In this document: piece after piece, positions 25,261 through 38,190 of the stretch
Position numbering within the stretch: position 1 is the stretch's first letter
How the letters are laid out: the number at the start of each line of letters is the position of its first letter
Assembly (NCBI RefSeq): GCF_006345805.1
Contig: NC_042997.1
Coordinates: 17,360,001-17,424,000, forward strand
Reading direction: 5' to 3'
DNA length: 64,000 nt
DNA from: Octopus sinensis
Lineage: Eukaryota
Made by a program: the position numbers and the translations under genes
The notes under the pieces: generated by a model
The model's database searches: none
Seen by the model: the letters and a program-made list of their open reading frames with translations, nothing else
What the model was told of the DNA's origin: nothing

Positions 25261-26267
25261 AGCCCTAGGCCAGTACTGACTTAACAGACCAACAATAAAA
25301 AGTGTTCTAGTCATGACCATCGTGATTCTTTTTTGTATATTGGGGTCTAAATCTTTCACTGATTCCATCTTTAATACAGTTGTGTATGGTTTTGAGGGAA
25401 ATTTAACTGCTATTTCTAGCATATTAAGCAACAGCTACTACTTGCCCAGTTGTAAACATTTTTTACTTGCCTTTGTTGTCAATTTTATATATAAATTTAT
25501 TGTTGTTGTTGTTATAGCTGATATTGTTATTATTATTGTAATCTTTGGTGTTGTAGTAAATGAAACAACTTTGTCAATAAAGACCTGTTTTCTTATTCCA
25601 AACACATTCACAGAAATATAAAGAACAACACCAACAAATGAAAAATAAAAGAAATTTAAATATATGAAACACACATATACATGTAGATACATACACATGC
25701 ATACAAACGTATACAAAAACATACGCATAGATGTTTTGAGATTGATTATCAAGGAACTCTAGTTTGTGTCATGCATGTAATTGCTGCTGTCTCAATTTGC
25801 AATAGTCATGGTCATGATATTCCTTATTATTTACCCTAGATCAATCCTGACTGAGCAGGCTTATGATCAATGACATTCCAACCATCCTGAATTTTTTTAG
25901 GATTATATTCTATAACATTATCAAACATATCCTTTCCTTATTTAAAATAAGAGAATGTGTGAAATGTGAAAGAGGTCTGGCTAATCTTCCTTGCAGTTTG
26001 AGCAACTATGAAGAGCATGTTTCATTTAATCATTATTATTTCTATCATAGTTGTGGTTTCTGTCATTGTGATGATTGCTATTGTTACTGGAATTAGTATT
26101 GTTGTTGTTTTAATTATTATTGTAGTTCAGAACACTGAAACTTTCAGAGGTGATGACAAAGGACTGAGACATCTGGCAGATGTCTCAGGGAGGATCTGTT
26201 GTTCCCAACAGAAGTGTTAAGGCCACTTCTTTGATGAAGAGTATTGGCCTGCAAGAGTCCTATACCA

Positions 26268-26460
26268 GTGCCATGTAAAAAGCACTCTTGCTGCTGCCAT
26301 TTCAAAAGCACCCTGCACACACTGTAAAGTAGTTGGTGTTATGAAGGGCATCCATCTATAGAAACCAAGCCAAATCAGACTGGAACCAGCTCTGGTCAAA
26401 CAGACCAACTCATGCCAGCATGGAGAGCAGATGTTAGAGGATGATGATGATGATGATGAT
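26268..26460 (+). mobile_element. Family C retroposon 3' fragment ending in a (GAT)n tail
   Basis: gtagttggtgttatgaagggcatcca...aactcatgccagcatggagagcagatgtt followed by (GAT)n; homologous to 36070-36245. Confidence 0.7.
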
Positions 26461-28039
26461 TAGCCTAACCCTCTTTTATTTTAAATTTTAATTGACTTGT
26501 CTTGTTGCTCATGTAATCATAGTTATTCTCTTCTAGTTGCTGCTAATTTTGTTTTAGAGTTCTAACCCATTTAGATGCAATTGTTATTGTTATTCATTCT
26601 TATCAATCCAGACAACTGAGGATATGTTTCTGTTGCACTAAGCAATCCTTCTCCATACATGATACCCAGTGCTTTAAGCATGGATACCTGCAGCAGTTGG
26701 CAGGGCATCAAGAATCTGGGGGCTCATTGTTAATCTATGCTTTGGCTTGATGTTGATAAATAAATAGTATAAGCCACAATACATTGTTTTGCCAAGGGGT
26801 CTATAATACTCTTAACACAACATAGATGATATCTCACCGAGAAAATTGTTTGAAAGTTGAATGTTTATCCACAAGTGTTTGTTATATGTTGGAATACATT
26901 GTAATTGGGATTGGTATGATTCTTCTTTTATTGTTCTCTTTCTACTCTGTGTATTCTTCTTCTGAAGTTCTTAACAAATCATAAAAGCAGCTGAATTTTG
27001 AGTCAATACTAATAAGTATAATTTCAATTTATGTGTGAACAGTGCAGGGCATGCTTAAGAGGGCACTTTTAAGAATCAACCTATGAAAAGGACAGTAAGT
27101 CACCCCTTCCATGTTGTAGGTATTATACAATGATTGTTGTTGCTATGATTGTATAACCCTAGGTCCATCTTAATCTGGCTGGACCATGGCAAGTAGGTAG
27201 TAATTGTTGTTGTATGGCCTCATCCTATCTCTGATTGAGAAGTCCAGTAGGATGCAGGAAGTTGTAATTTTATGGTTTCAGGTCAACCCTGATATCTCAG
27301 TCAGTCATATAGCATAGCTCCAGTTCTTGTTTAAATGGGACTGTACAGTGTCTCATTTAAACAAGAGACACTATACAGTGGCTGCTATTTCTGGTAGGCC
27401 AAGTGACTATGTGTATGCTCATTCCTTGGCTTATTATTATTATAGTTGGTGGTGGTGTGGTTGTTGCAATCATTGGTGCTAATGTTGTTATTGCTGTTGT
27501 TGGTGGTGGTCGTGTGATTATTACTTTCATAAGTGCTAATGTTACTAATTGTTGTTTCTTGTCATTATTGATATTGTTCAGTAATTGCTGTTGATGTTGC
27601 TATAGAAACTGCTGTAGTAATTGTCATTGATGATGATGTTACCATTCCAGGTTTTCCAGGTATTCTGGCTCTAAAGTGATGCAAAGTACTTTGTTACTTG
27701 CAGTTTCACAATTATTTTCACTACTACTCCTACAAACACCAATGACAATAATATAAATCACCTCCTCCACTCCTATCTTCTAATGAATTCATTACCACTG
27801 CCTCCTCTCCCCTTTCTTTTTTCTTCTTCTCATTTTCCTTCTCCTAAACCGGTAACACTACTATAATATCATCACTGTACCATACTCCAACACTCCATTC
27901 ACAAACTATACCACCATCACTCCATTTCACACACACTGTTGAAATACTACAATGGCTACAACCACCACCACCACAACCAAACAAACAAACAAGAGCAACC
28001 ATCACAACAACAGCAACTACAACACTGCTGAAGTCAACA

Positions 28040-28510
28040 AGAGAACCTTTATGGGTATATTATCCAATGTTAGAAATAGCAACTAATTGTCCCTCAAATT
28101 TTACTCAACCATCATGGGTAAAGGAAGGAATATTAGATATTGTAGTTTTCCTATAAACCCTAAAAAATGTGGTGGTCATAATGGGAATGTCTTTGGCTAT
28201 AAATTTGTTCAATTAGTATTGAATTAGGGATAATTAACAACAGCAATCCTTGCCATCATTCCTACCATAAGCAACAACTTTGCCACAAGCTAATGAAGAA
28301 ACCTCTGCAGAGTTGCTCATCTTGCTAGAAATAGCAGCCAAATTCTTCAACTTGCAGTCAAATATTATAAAAATGGGAACAGCATATAAGATAATGTAGT
28401 CCTACATACACTATGCATAAAGAAATTACAGGATAGCCATGGATGAAATGACCTTCCATCATGGTTCTGCTTGGTTAGAGCTAAACTGGGGGATAAACAG
28501 CAGAAATAAG
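28040..28510 (-). repeat. Two tandem family D copies
   Basis: Two reverse-oriented blocks each with ctagaaatagcagcc / ccctcaaat / gataatgtagtcct motifs. Confidence 0.55.
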
Positions 28511-28938
28511 ATCAACAACAAAAACAAACACTTTGTCAGTTCAACACCTACATCTGTATCACTACACTCAACTCCCACATATTCTTCATCCACTATCACC
28601 ACTACCAACACTACCCTGCTTCATACTTTGCCCTTGTCCACAAGCACACACACTACTCCCTTACATTACTCAACACCTACCACATCCCTACTCTTGCATG
28701 CAGCTTGACATTTAACAATGCCACTGATGATGTTGACAATACTGATGAGTAAAGTAGAAGATAGAAAGGAAAGGGAAAGAGAGTGAAGAAGAAAAAAATC
28801 TGGTGCTGAGTGAAGAACACAATGAGGAAAGTTAATGGTGTGTGATTTATTATTATTAAAAGAAACTACTACTACTACTACTACTACTACTACTGCTAAT
28901 GCTGCTACTACTACCACTACCACCACCACCACCACTAT

Positions 28939-29232
28939 ACAGGAGTACTGTGTAGTGAGAAGTTTGTTTCCCAACCACATAGTTCTGGATCCAGTCCCAC
29001 GGGTAACACTTGGGCAAGTGTCTTCTACTATAGTCTCAGGTTGATCAAAGCCTTGTGAGTGGATTTTGTTGAAGGAAACTTAAAGCAATTGCCATATTTC
29101 ATTCCATAATGGCTATGTCTGAAGAGCACAGGGTTACATAATCGGACAGTTACTTAACACTCCACTGAACTCCTAGTGAGAAACCAATTGATAAGATCGG
29201 CCGTATTGAATATATAATACTGTACATTTCGA

Positions 29233-29272
<40 letters not shown>

Positions 29273-29470
29273 TATGCTTGTCTTTGTGTTTGTCCCCCAC
29301 TACCACTTGACAACTGGTGTTGGTGTGTTTACATCCCCATAACTTAGTGGTTCAGCGATAGAGGTGGATAGAATAAGTACCAGGTTTAAAAAAAGTACTG
29401 GGTTGATTCCTTTGATTAAAATTCTTCAAGGCATGGCAGCAGTCTAATGACTGAAACAAGTAAAAGATAA
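28939..29470 (+). mobile_element. SINE family A copy with an internal ~140-bp foreign segment
   Basis: Head 28939-29085, unrelated sequence ~29090-29235, (TA)n, then the 3' half to gactgaaacaagtaaaagataa. Confidence 0.75.
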
Positions 29471-29481
29471 AAGGTTATTAT

Positions 29482-30050
29482 TAGAGTGGTGAGCAAGCAG
29501 AAGCTTTAAAATGTTAGTAAAAGCGTTTTGTGGAATTTGTTTTGACTCCTATGTTCAAATCCTCCTATGGTCATATCTAGCTTTTGTCCTGTTAGGGTTG
29601 ATATAACAAAGTACCAGTAAAGTGTTGAAGTTGATGCTATTGACTAATACCCTCCTTGCAATATTGTTGGCTTTGTGCCTATATTAAAAAAAAAATAGAG
29701 CATTGAAAAATATTACTTTGCTCTTTACATTCTTGATTCAAATTTTACTGAAGTTCACTTTGCTCGTCATCCTTAGGGATCGATGGTACTGGCTAATAAC
29801 CTCCCCTCACATTTTCTGACTTTGTACCTAAATCAGAAACTATAGTAGTGAGCTGGCAAAATCATTAGCGGGTAAGACAAAGTGCATAGCAGCAATTTCT
29901 TCCAGCTCTTTACAGTCTGAGTTCAAATTCCACTCAAGTTAATTTTGCCTTTCATCCTTTTGGTGTCAATAAAATAGAATAGCTGTCAAGTAGTGGGGTC
30001 AATATAATAGACTCGTGCCTTCTCAAATTTGCTGGCCTTGTGCCTAGAAT
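29482..30050 (+). mobile_element. Three head-to-tail SINE family B copies
   Basis: Repeated gtgagc..gca.aa / ttcaaatt / ctttcatcc / gcc.tgtgccta blocks at ~29482, ~29698 and ~29843. Confidence 0.65.
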
Positions 30051-31204
30051 TATTATTTATTCCACTTATTAGTAGTAGTAGTAGTATCAGTACTTCATTT
30101 GTTGATAGTAAAGGAAAGACTATCACATGACAGGGAGAGAGGAAAGGGAAGAGAACAGAGAGGGGCCAAGAGAGAGGAGAGAGAACAATCAGAGGGTATA
30201 AAGAGTGGAAAAAAAGTGATGAAAGAAAAAGGTAAAATTACTAAATGATGGTGACCAAGATAGTAGTACAGAAGAAATCACATGGAGAAAAAAGGATCAA
30301 AGGAAGAAAAAAGGAGAGGATAAGTTGATGAAAATCATTACAGTTGATGGAGTAGTAGGGTAGAAGAATAGGGTACTGGTGATGTAAGTGATCTAGTAAC
30401 AGAAAAGAAAGAAAAGAAAAAAGTATTCATACTTATTCTGAATGAAACTGAGGGTAAACAATAATGTAATGTGTTTTGTCTTCTAAAACAGTAGGATATT
30501 TGGCTACTGTCTCTAGCAGATAAGAGGCTCCCTCATTAGCAAGGAAATGATGATACTGATGAAGGTGATGAAGATAAGGATGATAAAGATGATTGGGCTG
30601 ATGAGGAAGGCAATGATGATGATGATATTGCTGCTGATAGTGATAATGAGAAAAAAGAAGAGGGATGATAAGGACAAAGATAACGATGAAGATGGTGGCA
30701 ATTATGTCACTTAAGATGATGGCGAAGGCAAAGCTATAATGAGGAGATGATGAGTAGAGGATGAGGATGATGGTTATGGTATTGACAATGAGGCTGATAG
30801 TGGTGACAATGATGGGGGTCCATACTGAGATGTTGCTGATGGTGCATAGAATAGGTTAGTTAAGCTGAGAGAACTCTAGTAGGAAGAAAGCAGGAGGGAG
30901 ATGTAAGCAAGGCTAAAGTAGAAGCCAATCAGCGAAGAAAGAGGAGGAAGAGGGAAGGCAGAAGGAAGGAAAAAAGTGAAAGGAAAGGAAATAGAAAGAT
31001 GGGTTCATGTGTGCGATGTTTTGTAAAAATATTCCTTCTTTTCATTGATTATTTACTTTCTATGACACTAATTTCAAACAGGGGTGGGGAGAAATGTGGA
31101 ATTGTTTGTGTCAGTATTGTTGCTGTTGTGGTGATGGTGGTGGTGGTAATGGTGAATGGTACAGGTGAAGGTGGGTGGTGGTTACAGAGTTAGTTGTTGT
31201 TACT

Positions 31205-31640
31205 ATTATTGTGGTTTAGGCCTAAGTCAGTCATGAAAGAGTAGAACTATAATCAAAGACGTTCCCACAAGACCATCTTGTCCTTCCTTTGGTGTGTTGA
31301 GGGTATTTCACAGTGGGAACTACATCATCCAATGATTTATTTCATTTCTAAGACAATATTATGTGATTTGAGGGAGACTCGGCTGGCATTTCTAGCAATA
31401 AAACTAGCCATTAAGAGGCTGCCATGTTGGTTTGAGTAGTGAAGATTGTTGTTATTATTTAGCCCCAAGCCAGCCAGTTCGTGCAGACCTGTAGTCAAAA
31501 CCATTCCAACCATAGCTATCCAGTTGTTTTCCTTTGCACTGGGAAGCTAGGAGTAGATTATCTAATATGTCCTTTTCCAATATGGTAGTTTGTAATTTGA
31601 AGGAGATTTTGACTGTGATTTTCAGCAGATTGGACAACAA
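31205..31640 (+). repeat. Two tandem family D copies
   Basis: Two direct blocks each ending gatttga.ggaga...gctg..atttctagc-like. Confidence 0.55.
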
Positions 31641-33589
31641 TATAGATAATCACTTGATGGCTCATTGATAAGGGTGGTGGTTATAGTAGTAGCTGAGAGA
31701 GTAAAAAATGGTTAGTTGTGATGGTGATGGAGGTTGTGGTGGTTGCCATTGTAATGGTAGGTAACAAAAGGGTTCATTTTGTGGTTGGGATGGTGAGAGG
31801 GAATATAAAAAAAGGGACACCACTTACGCTCTCTTCCTTCATAGCCCCACCCCGACCTACTCACTCTTCTGTCAGGATTTTTTTTGGATCTCCTTCATCT
31901 GGTTCAATTTATTTAATTCAGTCTTCTGTACTCCATCCACATCACCATATCATCATCCTCTTCAACATCATGGCAATCATCATCACAATTGGTGGCACTA
32001 AGGTTACCATCACTGTCTCAACCACTATCATTATCACCATTACTAACTAAAACATCAACCATATCATCTTCACCACAAACACAATCATGACTGTCATCTC
32101 TAGGACCATTCCTTATAGTATCAACACCATCATTATCAGTATTATTAGGAATTCAACCACCACCACTACCATCCATCAACTTCACCATCATCACATCACC
32201 ACTTCTACCACCATCATCATCAGTAAGTATTACTGCCAGCAACAATACCTCCATTACACCAACATCCACATGAACTCTATCCAATACCACTACAACAACA
32301 AGCACCTCACCATCATTACCATCACTGTGGCTGTTTATGCTACTGCAGTTGCCACCACCACTGCCATCGCTGCCATCTTCAGTACCACAAGCAGCTCATA
32401 TAGTCTGTCATGATTTTCCTTTCTATTCAAGGTTGAGAGGGGGACTGTTTTCTGTGTTGAACACACCAGTAACTACACAACAATCAATGAAACAGTAGGG
32501 TTTACCTGAGAGGTGTGCTACATTTGGAACTTGGAGTAGGCATATGTGCATACAAACCTGAGTGTATGTGTATGTATATGCATGTGTGACCGATAATGTT
32601 TTGTTATATATTGGTTGTTTTTTACTTTTTCTTCCTCTATGTTCTCAAATCTAGATCCAGTTGATGTTGTTTAGCCTCAGGTGAATTGTGATCAAGCAGT
32701 CCTGTGATCAAAGAGTGATTCAAACATGGTCGTTTTATCTTTTATTTTCCCTTTTCTCAGACGATTTATACATCATGTCACATTATCCAATGCATTCTTT
32801 TTTAAAGACAATATGTGGGAGAATAGGCTGTTATTTCTAGCACAAGGTTATTCTGATAGTTCATCCTATTGGAATCTATAAGATATTGTATGTAAAGACA
32901 TAATGCTTGCATCCACCCATACATATAGTTTAAATTAAAAATCCATGATATATTCTGTAAAACATTAAAACATTGAAATATAAAACTTTAAGAACCAATG
33001 ATATATTAATCAAAGTAGCTCCCAAAAATGCTTTATGTATGCAAATGAGGCTATCCCATATACTTAAACCCTTAATTGCAGGAACTTTGTAACTATGAAA
33101 AATTAAAGAGTTGCTCTTGAAATCACAACATAAGACTGAAGAGTATTCATCACTGAAGACTAGCCCTACAGTGTGAACTCCTCTTCAAGTTATGTCTGTT
33201 TCATGGCTGCAACCAAGAGCAGTAACTTTTAATACTTAGTTTTACAATATTATCACAGGTTCAGCTGGTGATGATAGCTCTAAAACATCTTTTGAAGAAG
33301 TAACTTAAGCTGTAATTTTTATTACCAGTTTCATGGAATTTTTATTGGATCAAGAAATTTTGTCTACATTGTTCTGAATTAATGTGGTTTCTCTAGATTT
33401 TAGCCCTCAGAGCAATTGCCTGGTTTGTCTAGAATTAGCCCTAACAAGAAGCAAAATAAAGGAAAGGCCTCTCAGGACAGCAAAGAGGTAAAAAAGACCC
33501 CATAAAATATAGAATTGAGTGCATAGTGGTATTTAGTTAATAACAATGATTGGGCACAACTGAAGATGATAGTTTTTTTTTTTTTCACC

Positions 33590-33880
33590 TTGCAACTCTA
33601 TTATCAGGTCTAAATTCCATTGTCTCAGTTTCTTGAAAATCTGTTTTGATATTGTTTCCAGTGCTTCTATGACAGCAGAGATAACTTTCACCCGAATGTC
33701 ATTGTATTTTTTTCTTTGGATGATTCTTGATACTTTCCAATCTTTTCTGTTGCTTTCATTTCAACTTTGCAACTATTTTATCATTTATTATTAAAGGTAG
33801 TGGAGCAGAAGAAAGAGTAAAATCCCTGTTGGCTATATCCATGATCTTATTGATTTCACATCATCCTAAGCTTTCTTCAG
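33590..33880 (-). mobile_element. Old R4/Dong-like (restriction-like endonuclease) LINE 3' fragment
   Basis: Frameshifted IMDIANRD...KKYNDIRVKVISAVIEALETISKQI...LQ resembles IIDVAVP...KKYGDL...IVPVVIRAL of the 58.7-59.5 kb copy. Confidence 0.55.
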
Positions 33881-34599
33881 GCTACATCAACAGACCACCA
33901 TCACAGTGAAACAAGGCTAGCAAAAATTAAAAACACCTTCACCTCAATATACAAAAGGTACAGGAGTGACTGAAGGAATCTCTACATGGTCACTCAACCT
34001 GCTAAATATGGAAGCCAAATCTCCCACATATTATACACTACTGTTTTCAATAAGGATATCTGAGCTAATGTAGTCCAGTTTAACTTTAAAAATGACGAGA
34101 TAGTTATAGTTAAACTGTCTTTGATCATAGGCCAGCTTTGCCAGGGTTGAACTTCAGTTATCTAATAGTAATAAAAAAAAGTATAGTTTGTAGTTGTTAC
34201 ACATTTCAATCTATATGATCCCTGTTGCAACACATGCAATTCATACTAAACCCCATATCTACAACACCACATAGGGGAATCTTTACAAATTTATTTGTGG
34301 TAATTGGGGTTACACAAAACTACATTAACAATTTCCTATTCAAATGTTTAGCCTACCTTTTAGTGCTAGTATTTCTTCATAAATGTGAAGATCATATATA
34401 TGCTGACATGCTCATGTCATCAAAAATGTCAACAGCTTTATTAATGATAGAAAATGGTGCATCAACACAATGGGAGAAACCATTGCTAAATGTCAGCAAT
34501 CTAGTAAATAAATGTACATAGACAGAATTGAAGCACTTGAAGAATTAGATATAGCTGTACTATCTTGATTGAAAATATCAGCCACATAATGTGTGTATG

Positions 34600-34658
34600 T
34601 ACATATACACAAATAATGGCATATATACATAGGTATATACATACACATGTATATATAT

Positions 34659-34719
<61 letters not shown>

Positions 34720-34751
34720 GTGTATATATATATATACACATGTATATATAT

Positions 34752-34803
<52 letters not shown>

Positions 34804-34810
34804 ATATATA
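34600..34810. repeat. (TA)n tract with internal duplication and palindromic ACATGTG(TA)nCACATGT core
   Basis: Direct reading of the sequence. Confidence 0.9.
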
Positions 34811-34941
34811 AGTAACAAAGATGTACAGGTGTCAATTCATTACAGCTGTTTCAAGTGACTCTATTTAATTGAATGATGATAGAAAATGGAGCTGCATGAA
34901 TTGGCTGTAATTAATTAACACCTGTATATCTTTGTTACTTA
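34809..34941. repeat. Short inverted-repeat element (~38-bp arms)
   Basis: taagtaacaaagatgtacaggtgtcaattcattacagc versus gctgtaattaattaacacctgtatatctttgttactta, 3 mismatches. Confidence 0.8.
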
Positions 34942-35261
34942 TTTATATTCTGCTAACCTAACTTGGAATCTGCACTTTGGAAATACTTTAGAAAGTGCTT
35001 TTATATAAAAAAAAATATATAAGAAGTACATGCCTGAATTATCAAGAGTGGATATCTTCACTTAGCTGGGTTGCATTGTCTGCACACACGGCAGGAATAT
35101 TAGGTACAAACACCCTTACACAGAGTCTTGATATTCAATACTCGAGTAATATTGTTGAAGTGTGCAGACTATACCGAACTAGCAAGGTACCTCAATTTAA
35201 GTACCTCATTCAACTGAATCTTAATTATGTGTGTGTGTGTGTGTGTATGTATATATATATA

Positions 35262-35439
35262 TTAATAGTTATCGCCATACTTATATGGCATAACTCCCCT
35301 GTTCGAATGGTGCTGTTTTTCTCACAGATGGTGCCCAACTAACCCTACTATACTTTGTAGTTGACAAAATCAAAAACAAACAATACACATGCACGAAATT
35401 GAATATATAAAATGGTGACAATTTACACATTGCACCCTG
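35262..35439 (-). mobile_element. Single end of a probable Tc1/mariner element
   Basis: Minus strand begins CAGGGTGCAATGTGTAAATTGTCACC next to a TA tract; the partner TIR is not seen. Confidence 0.45.
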
Positions 35440-35440
35440 A

Positions 35441-35479
<39 letters not shown>

Positions 35480-35724
35480 TGTATTCACTCATACATTGGC
35501 GTTCACTATTTATATACATCTGTGGATGTGCATACTTATACATATGCATATATGCATGTGCGTGTGTGTGCTTGCAATTATGTTTGTTTAATTTTAAAAA
35601 ACTGATGAAATTAGTAAAATATGTTATCCTTAACTTGGAAAAAGAACTAAGGGGGTGTATGAGAAAGAGTGAGAAAATGAACTAAAATGAAAGAATAAAA
35701 TTGTAGTGTGTACATGTATGCATG

Positions 35725-35769
<45 letters not shown>

Positions 35770-35847
35770 TCATATATATATATACTCTTGTTCACATAAC
35801 ATCAATATATGTATTAAGTGAACAATAATATTTCGAAAACAAAAAGC

Positions 35848-36245
35848 CTCGGCTGGCCCCCGTGCCAGTGACACGTAAAAGCACCGTCTGTTCATGGCCG
35901 TTTGCCAGCTCTGTCTGGCCCCGTGTTGGTGGCACGTAAAAGCACCATCCGTTCGTGTCCGTTGCCAGCACTGCCTGGCCCCGTGCCGGTGACACGTAAA
36001 AGCACCATCCGTTCGTGGCCGTTGTGCCAGCTCTGTCTGGCACCTGTGCAGGTGGCACGTAAAAAACACCCACTACACTCGTGGAGTGGTTGGCGTTAGG
36101 AAGGGCATCCAGCCGTAGAAACACTGCCAAATCTGACTGGGCCTGATGAAGCCTTCCGGCTTCACAGACCCCAGTTAAACCGTCCAACCCATGCTAGCAT
36201 GGAAAACGGACGCTAAATGATGATGATGATAATGATGATGATGAT
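35848..36245 (+). mobile_element. Young family C retroposon with 60-bp tandem units and (GAT)n tail
   Basis: cacgtaaaa recurs every ~60-63 bp (about 3.5 units), followed by gtggttggcgttaggaagggcatccagccgtag...catgctagcatggaaaacggacgctaaa and (GAT)n. Confidence 0.85.
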
Positions 36246-36536
36246 AGATATTTATGTGTGTGTGTATGTGTGAAACTGATAAAGTAGATACAATTTACAA
36301 TAAAAATTTGCAGTTTTATTTGGAGTAAAATGTCAGTGTCTTGCATAGCAAAATCTTTGAAGGCCATTCACATGCTTTACTGACTCTGTTACTCATTCCC
36401 ACTGTTTGTTGTTTTACTCTTCATTCTCCCAAGCATGACCAACAGGGTACAGATTGCATTTTATTATATGTAAGATATATATACATATATATATATATTC
36501 ACACACACATGCATGCACACACACACATCTACACAT

Positions 36537-36953
36537 GAGGTGCATTCCAGAAGTTGGGAGACATTTTTAGGAGAGGCAGTTATAACTTCTCCAGACACTA
36601 CTTGCCACAATTCTGTTTTGGTTACCAACCACTTGACAGAGATGGGCATCAAAACTGTCTCTCACTTTTTCTACAGTCCAGTCTTTGCTTTGTATGACTA
36701 TTGGTTTTTTTACCCCAACCTCAAGGAGAACCTTTGGGGCAGTTGTTTTGAAGACACTGAGAAGATGGAAGGCATGACAAGGGTCCTAGAGATGTTCACT
36801 CTAGAGGACTTCCATGGGGCATTCACAAAATGGCTGGAGTGCTATAACAAGTATATCGAAATCAAAGGATCCTCTTTTGAAGAAGATTAAAGTTTTGTAC
36901 TTCTTTGAAATTAATAAATGACACTTCTGAAAAAGTCTTCTGGAATGCACTTT
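36537..36953 (+). mobile_element. Internally deleted mariner element retaining the transposase C-terminus
   Basis: TIRs gtgcattccagaag / cttctggaatgcac; ORF 36513-36890 contains HFFYSPVFALYDYWFFYPNLKENLWG...FTKWLECYNKYIEIKGSSFEED, a decayed form of the mariner HPPYSPDLAPxD...KCIxxxGxYFE region. Confidence 0.9.
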
Positions 36954-37224
36954 ACATTGCCATAGATATATAGAAAGCTTCCCAAATATTCCTAATTTCT
37001 CTTGCTCTCTCCCTCTGACTGGTTAAACATGTATCTCTTCTACAGCAACAAGCCTGTCCCTGGCATCAATCTCTCTCTCTCTCTCTCTCTCTGAGTAACC
37101 ATGTGTTTCTTCTACAACAAGACATCTGCTTCTGTATCTCTGTCACACTCTAACTTTTCCTCATCAGGAACAAGAGCTCCTCCCCCAGGGTCCCATCCTT
37201 TCTCAAAAGATCTTTGTCTTGCAA

Positions 37225-37535
37225 GTCACTTGGTGACCCTGCCAGTGCTGGTGTCATGTAAAAAACATCCAATCCACACTGTAAAGTGGCTGACATTTGG
37301 AAGGGCATCCAGCTGTAAAATAAACCATGCCAAAACTAACCTCACCTGTGCTAGTGCCATGTAAAAAGCACTCTGTCCACTCTGTGGAGTGGTTGGTGTT
37401 AGGAAGGGCATCCAGGCATGAAAACCATGCCAAAATAGACAGTGAGGCATGGTGCAGTCTTCTGCTTAGCCAGCTCCTGTCAAACAGTCCAACCCATGCC
37501 AGCATGAAAAGCAGACATTAAATGATGATGATGAC
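37225..37535 (+). mobile_element. Family C retroposon fragment with duplicated internal block
   Basis: Two copies of catgtaaaaa..cac..cac.ctgt..agtgg.tg...t.ggaagggcatccag, then aacccatgccagcatgaaaagcagacattaaa(TGA)n. Confidence 0.75.
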
Positions 37536-37770
37536 CATCAAGATAACCTTTCCTGGAGATAGCACTGTAAATAGTTTTAGCAACAATGTCTTGTATCTTA
37601 GAAAGGGAGTAATACATTATGGACATCTTTGGACACCTGAAGTTGATGAGATCGTCCATTCTGTGATGGCACAATTGACATTTTACTTCACAATGTGGAG
37701 CTTTGGAAGCATCCTTATCTCTTTTGTAGATCAGTGTTTAGTAGCTACCACCTGTTCCATGCACACTGAT
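37536..37770 (-). mobile_element. R4/NeSL-like LINE fragment covering the zinc-knuckle region
   Basis: MEQVVATKH* ... EVKCQLCHHRMDD...RCPKMSIMYY...DIVAKTIYSAISRK resembles the EQEIxT...CRLC...HIxSxC...RHDxVAK block upstream of the RLE domain. Confidence 0.6.
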
Positions 37771-38100
37771 GTTGTATATGTATGTATGTATGTATGTACG
37801 TATGCACATATCACTGCATATATATTCATGTATGAATGTGTGCATATGCATGCAGGAATGTAGGTGTGTGTTTGTATGTGTGTAAATATATATCTATGTA
37901 TGCAAGTATATAGGTCTCTGAACTGTCATAGCTTGCAGTCATTTTCTATCATTCTGATAGCTCACTAGCATTCTGTGCAACACTGCACCATAAAGCACTG
38001 CAGCTGCTTAATTGACATAAGCAAATCAAACAAACAAACTATACAAGAATTCTTGACTGAATAAAAAGTGCAGCAACAAGTGACTTTGATTCATTTCAGA

Positions 38101-38150
38101 AAATAATAATAGAAAAAGTAATAATAGAAAAAGTAATAATAATAATAATA

Positions 38151-38185
<35 letters not shown>

Positions 38186-38190
38186 TAAAC
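38101..38190. repeat. (AAT)n microsatellite; a complementary (TTA)n tract lies at 38925-38985
   Basis: Direct reading of the sequence. Confidence 0.9.

Noticed and set aside
34357-34500. Protein-like minus-strand segment ([34 protein letters not shown] / YDLHIYEEILALK) between tag and AG|gtaggc
   Set aside because: It needs a frameshift and has in-frame stops; it could only be rescued if raw reads showed an indel error in the TA run near 34385.
35848-36075. CRISPR-like or satellite interpretation of the regular 60-bp and 65-70-bp repeats
   Set aside because: No unique spacers, eukaryotic context, and the units lie inside a retroposon with a (GAT)n tail.
37522-37863. Plus-strand 113-aa ORF
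   Set aside because: Antisense of a LINE zinc-knuckle fragment, starting in a (GAT)n tail and ending in microsatellite.
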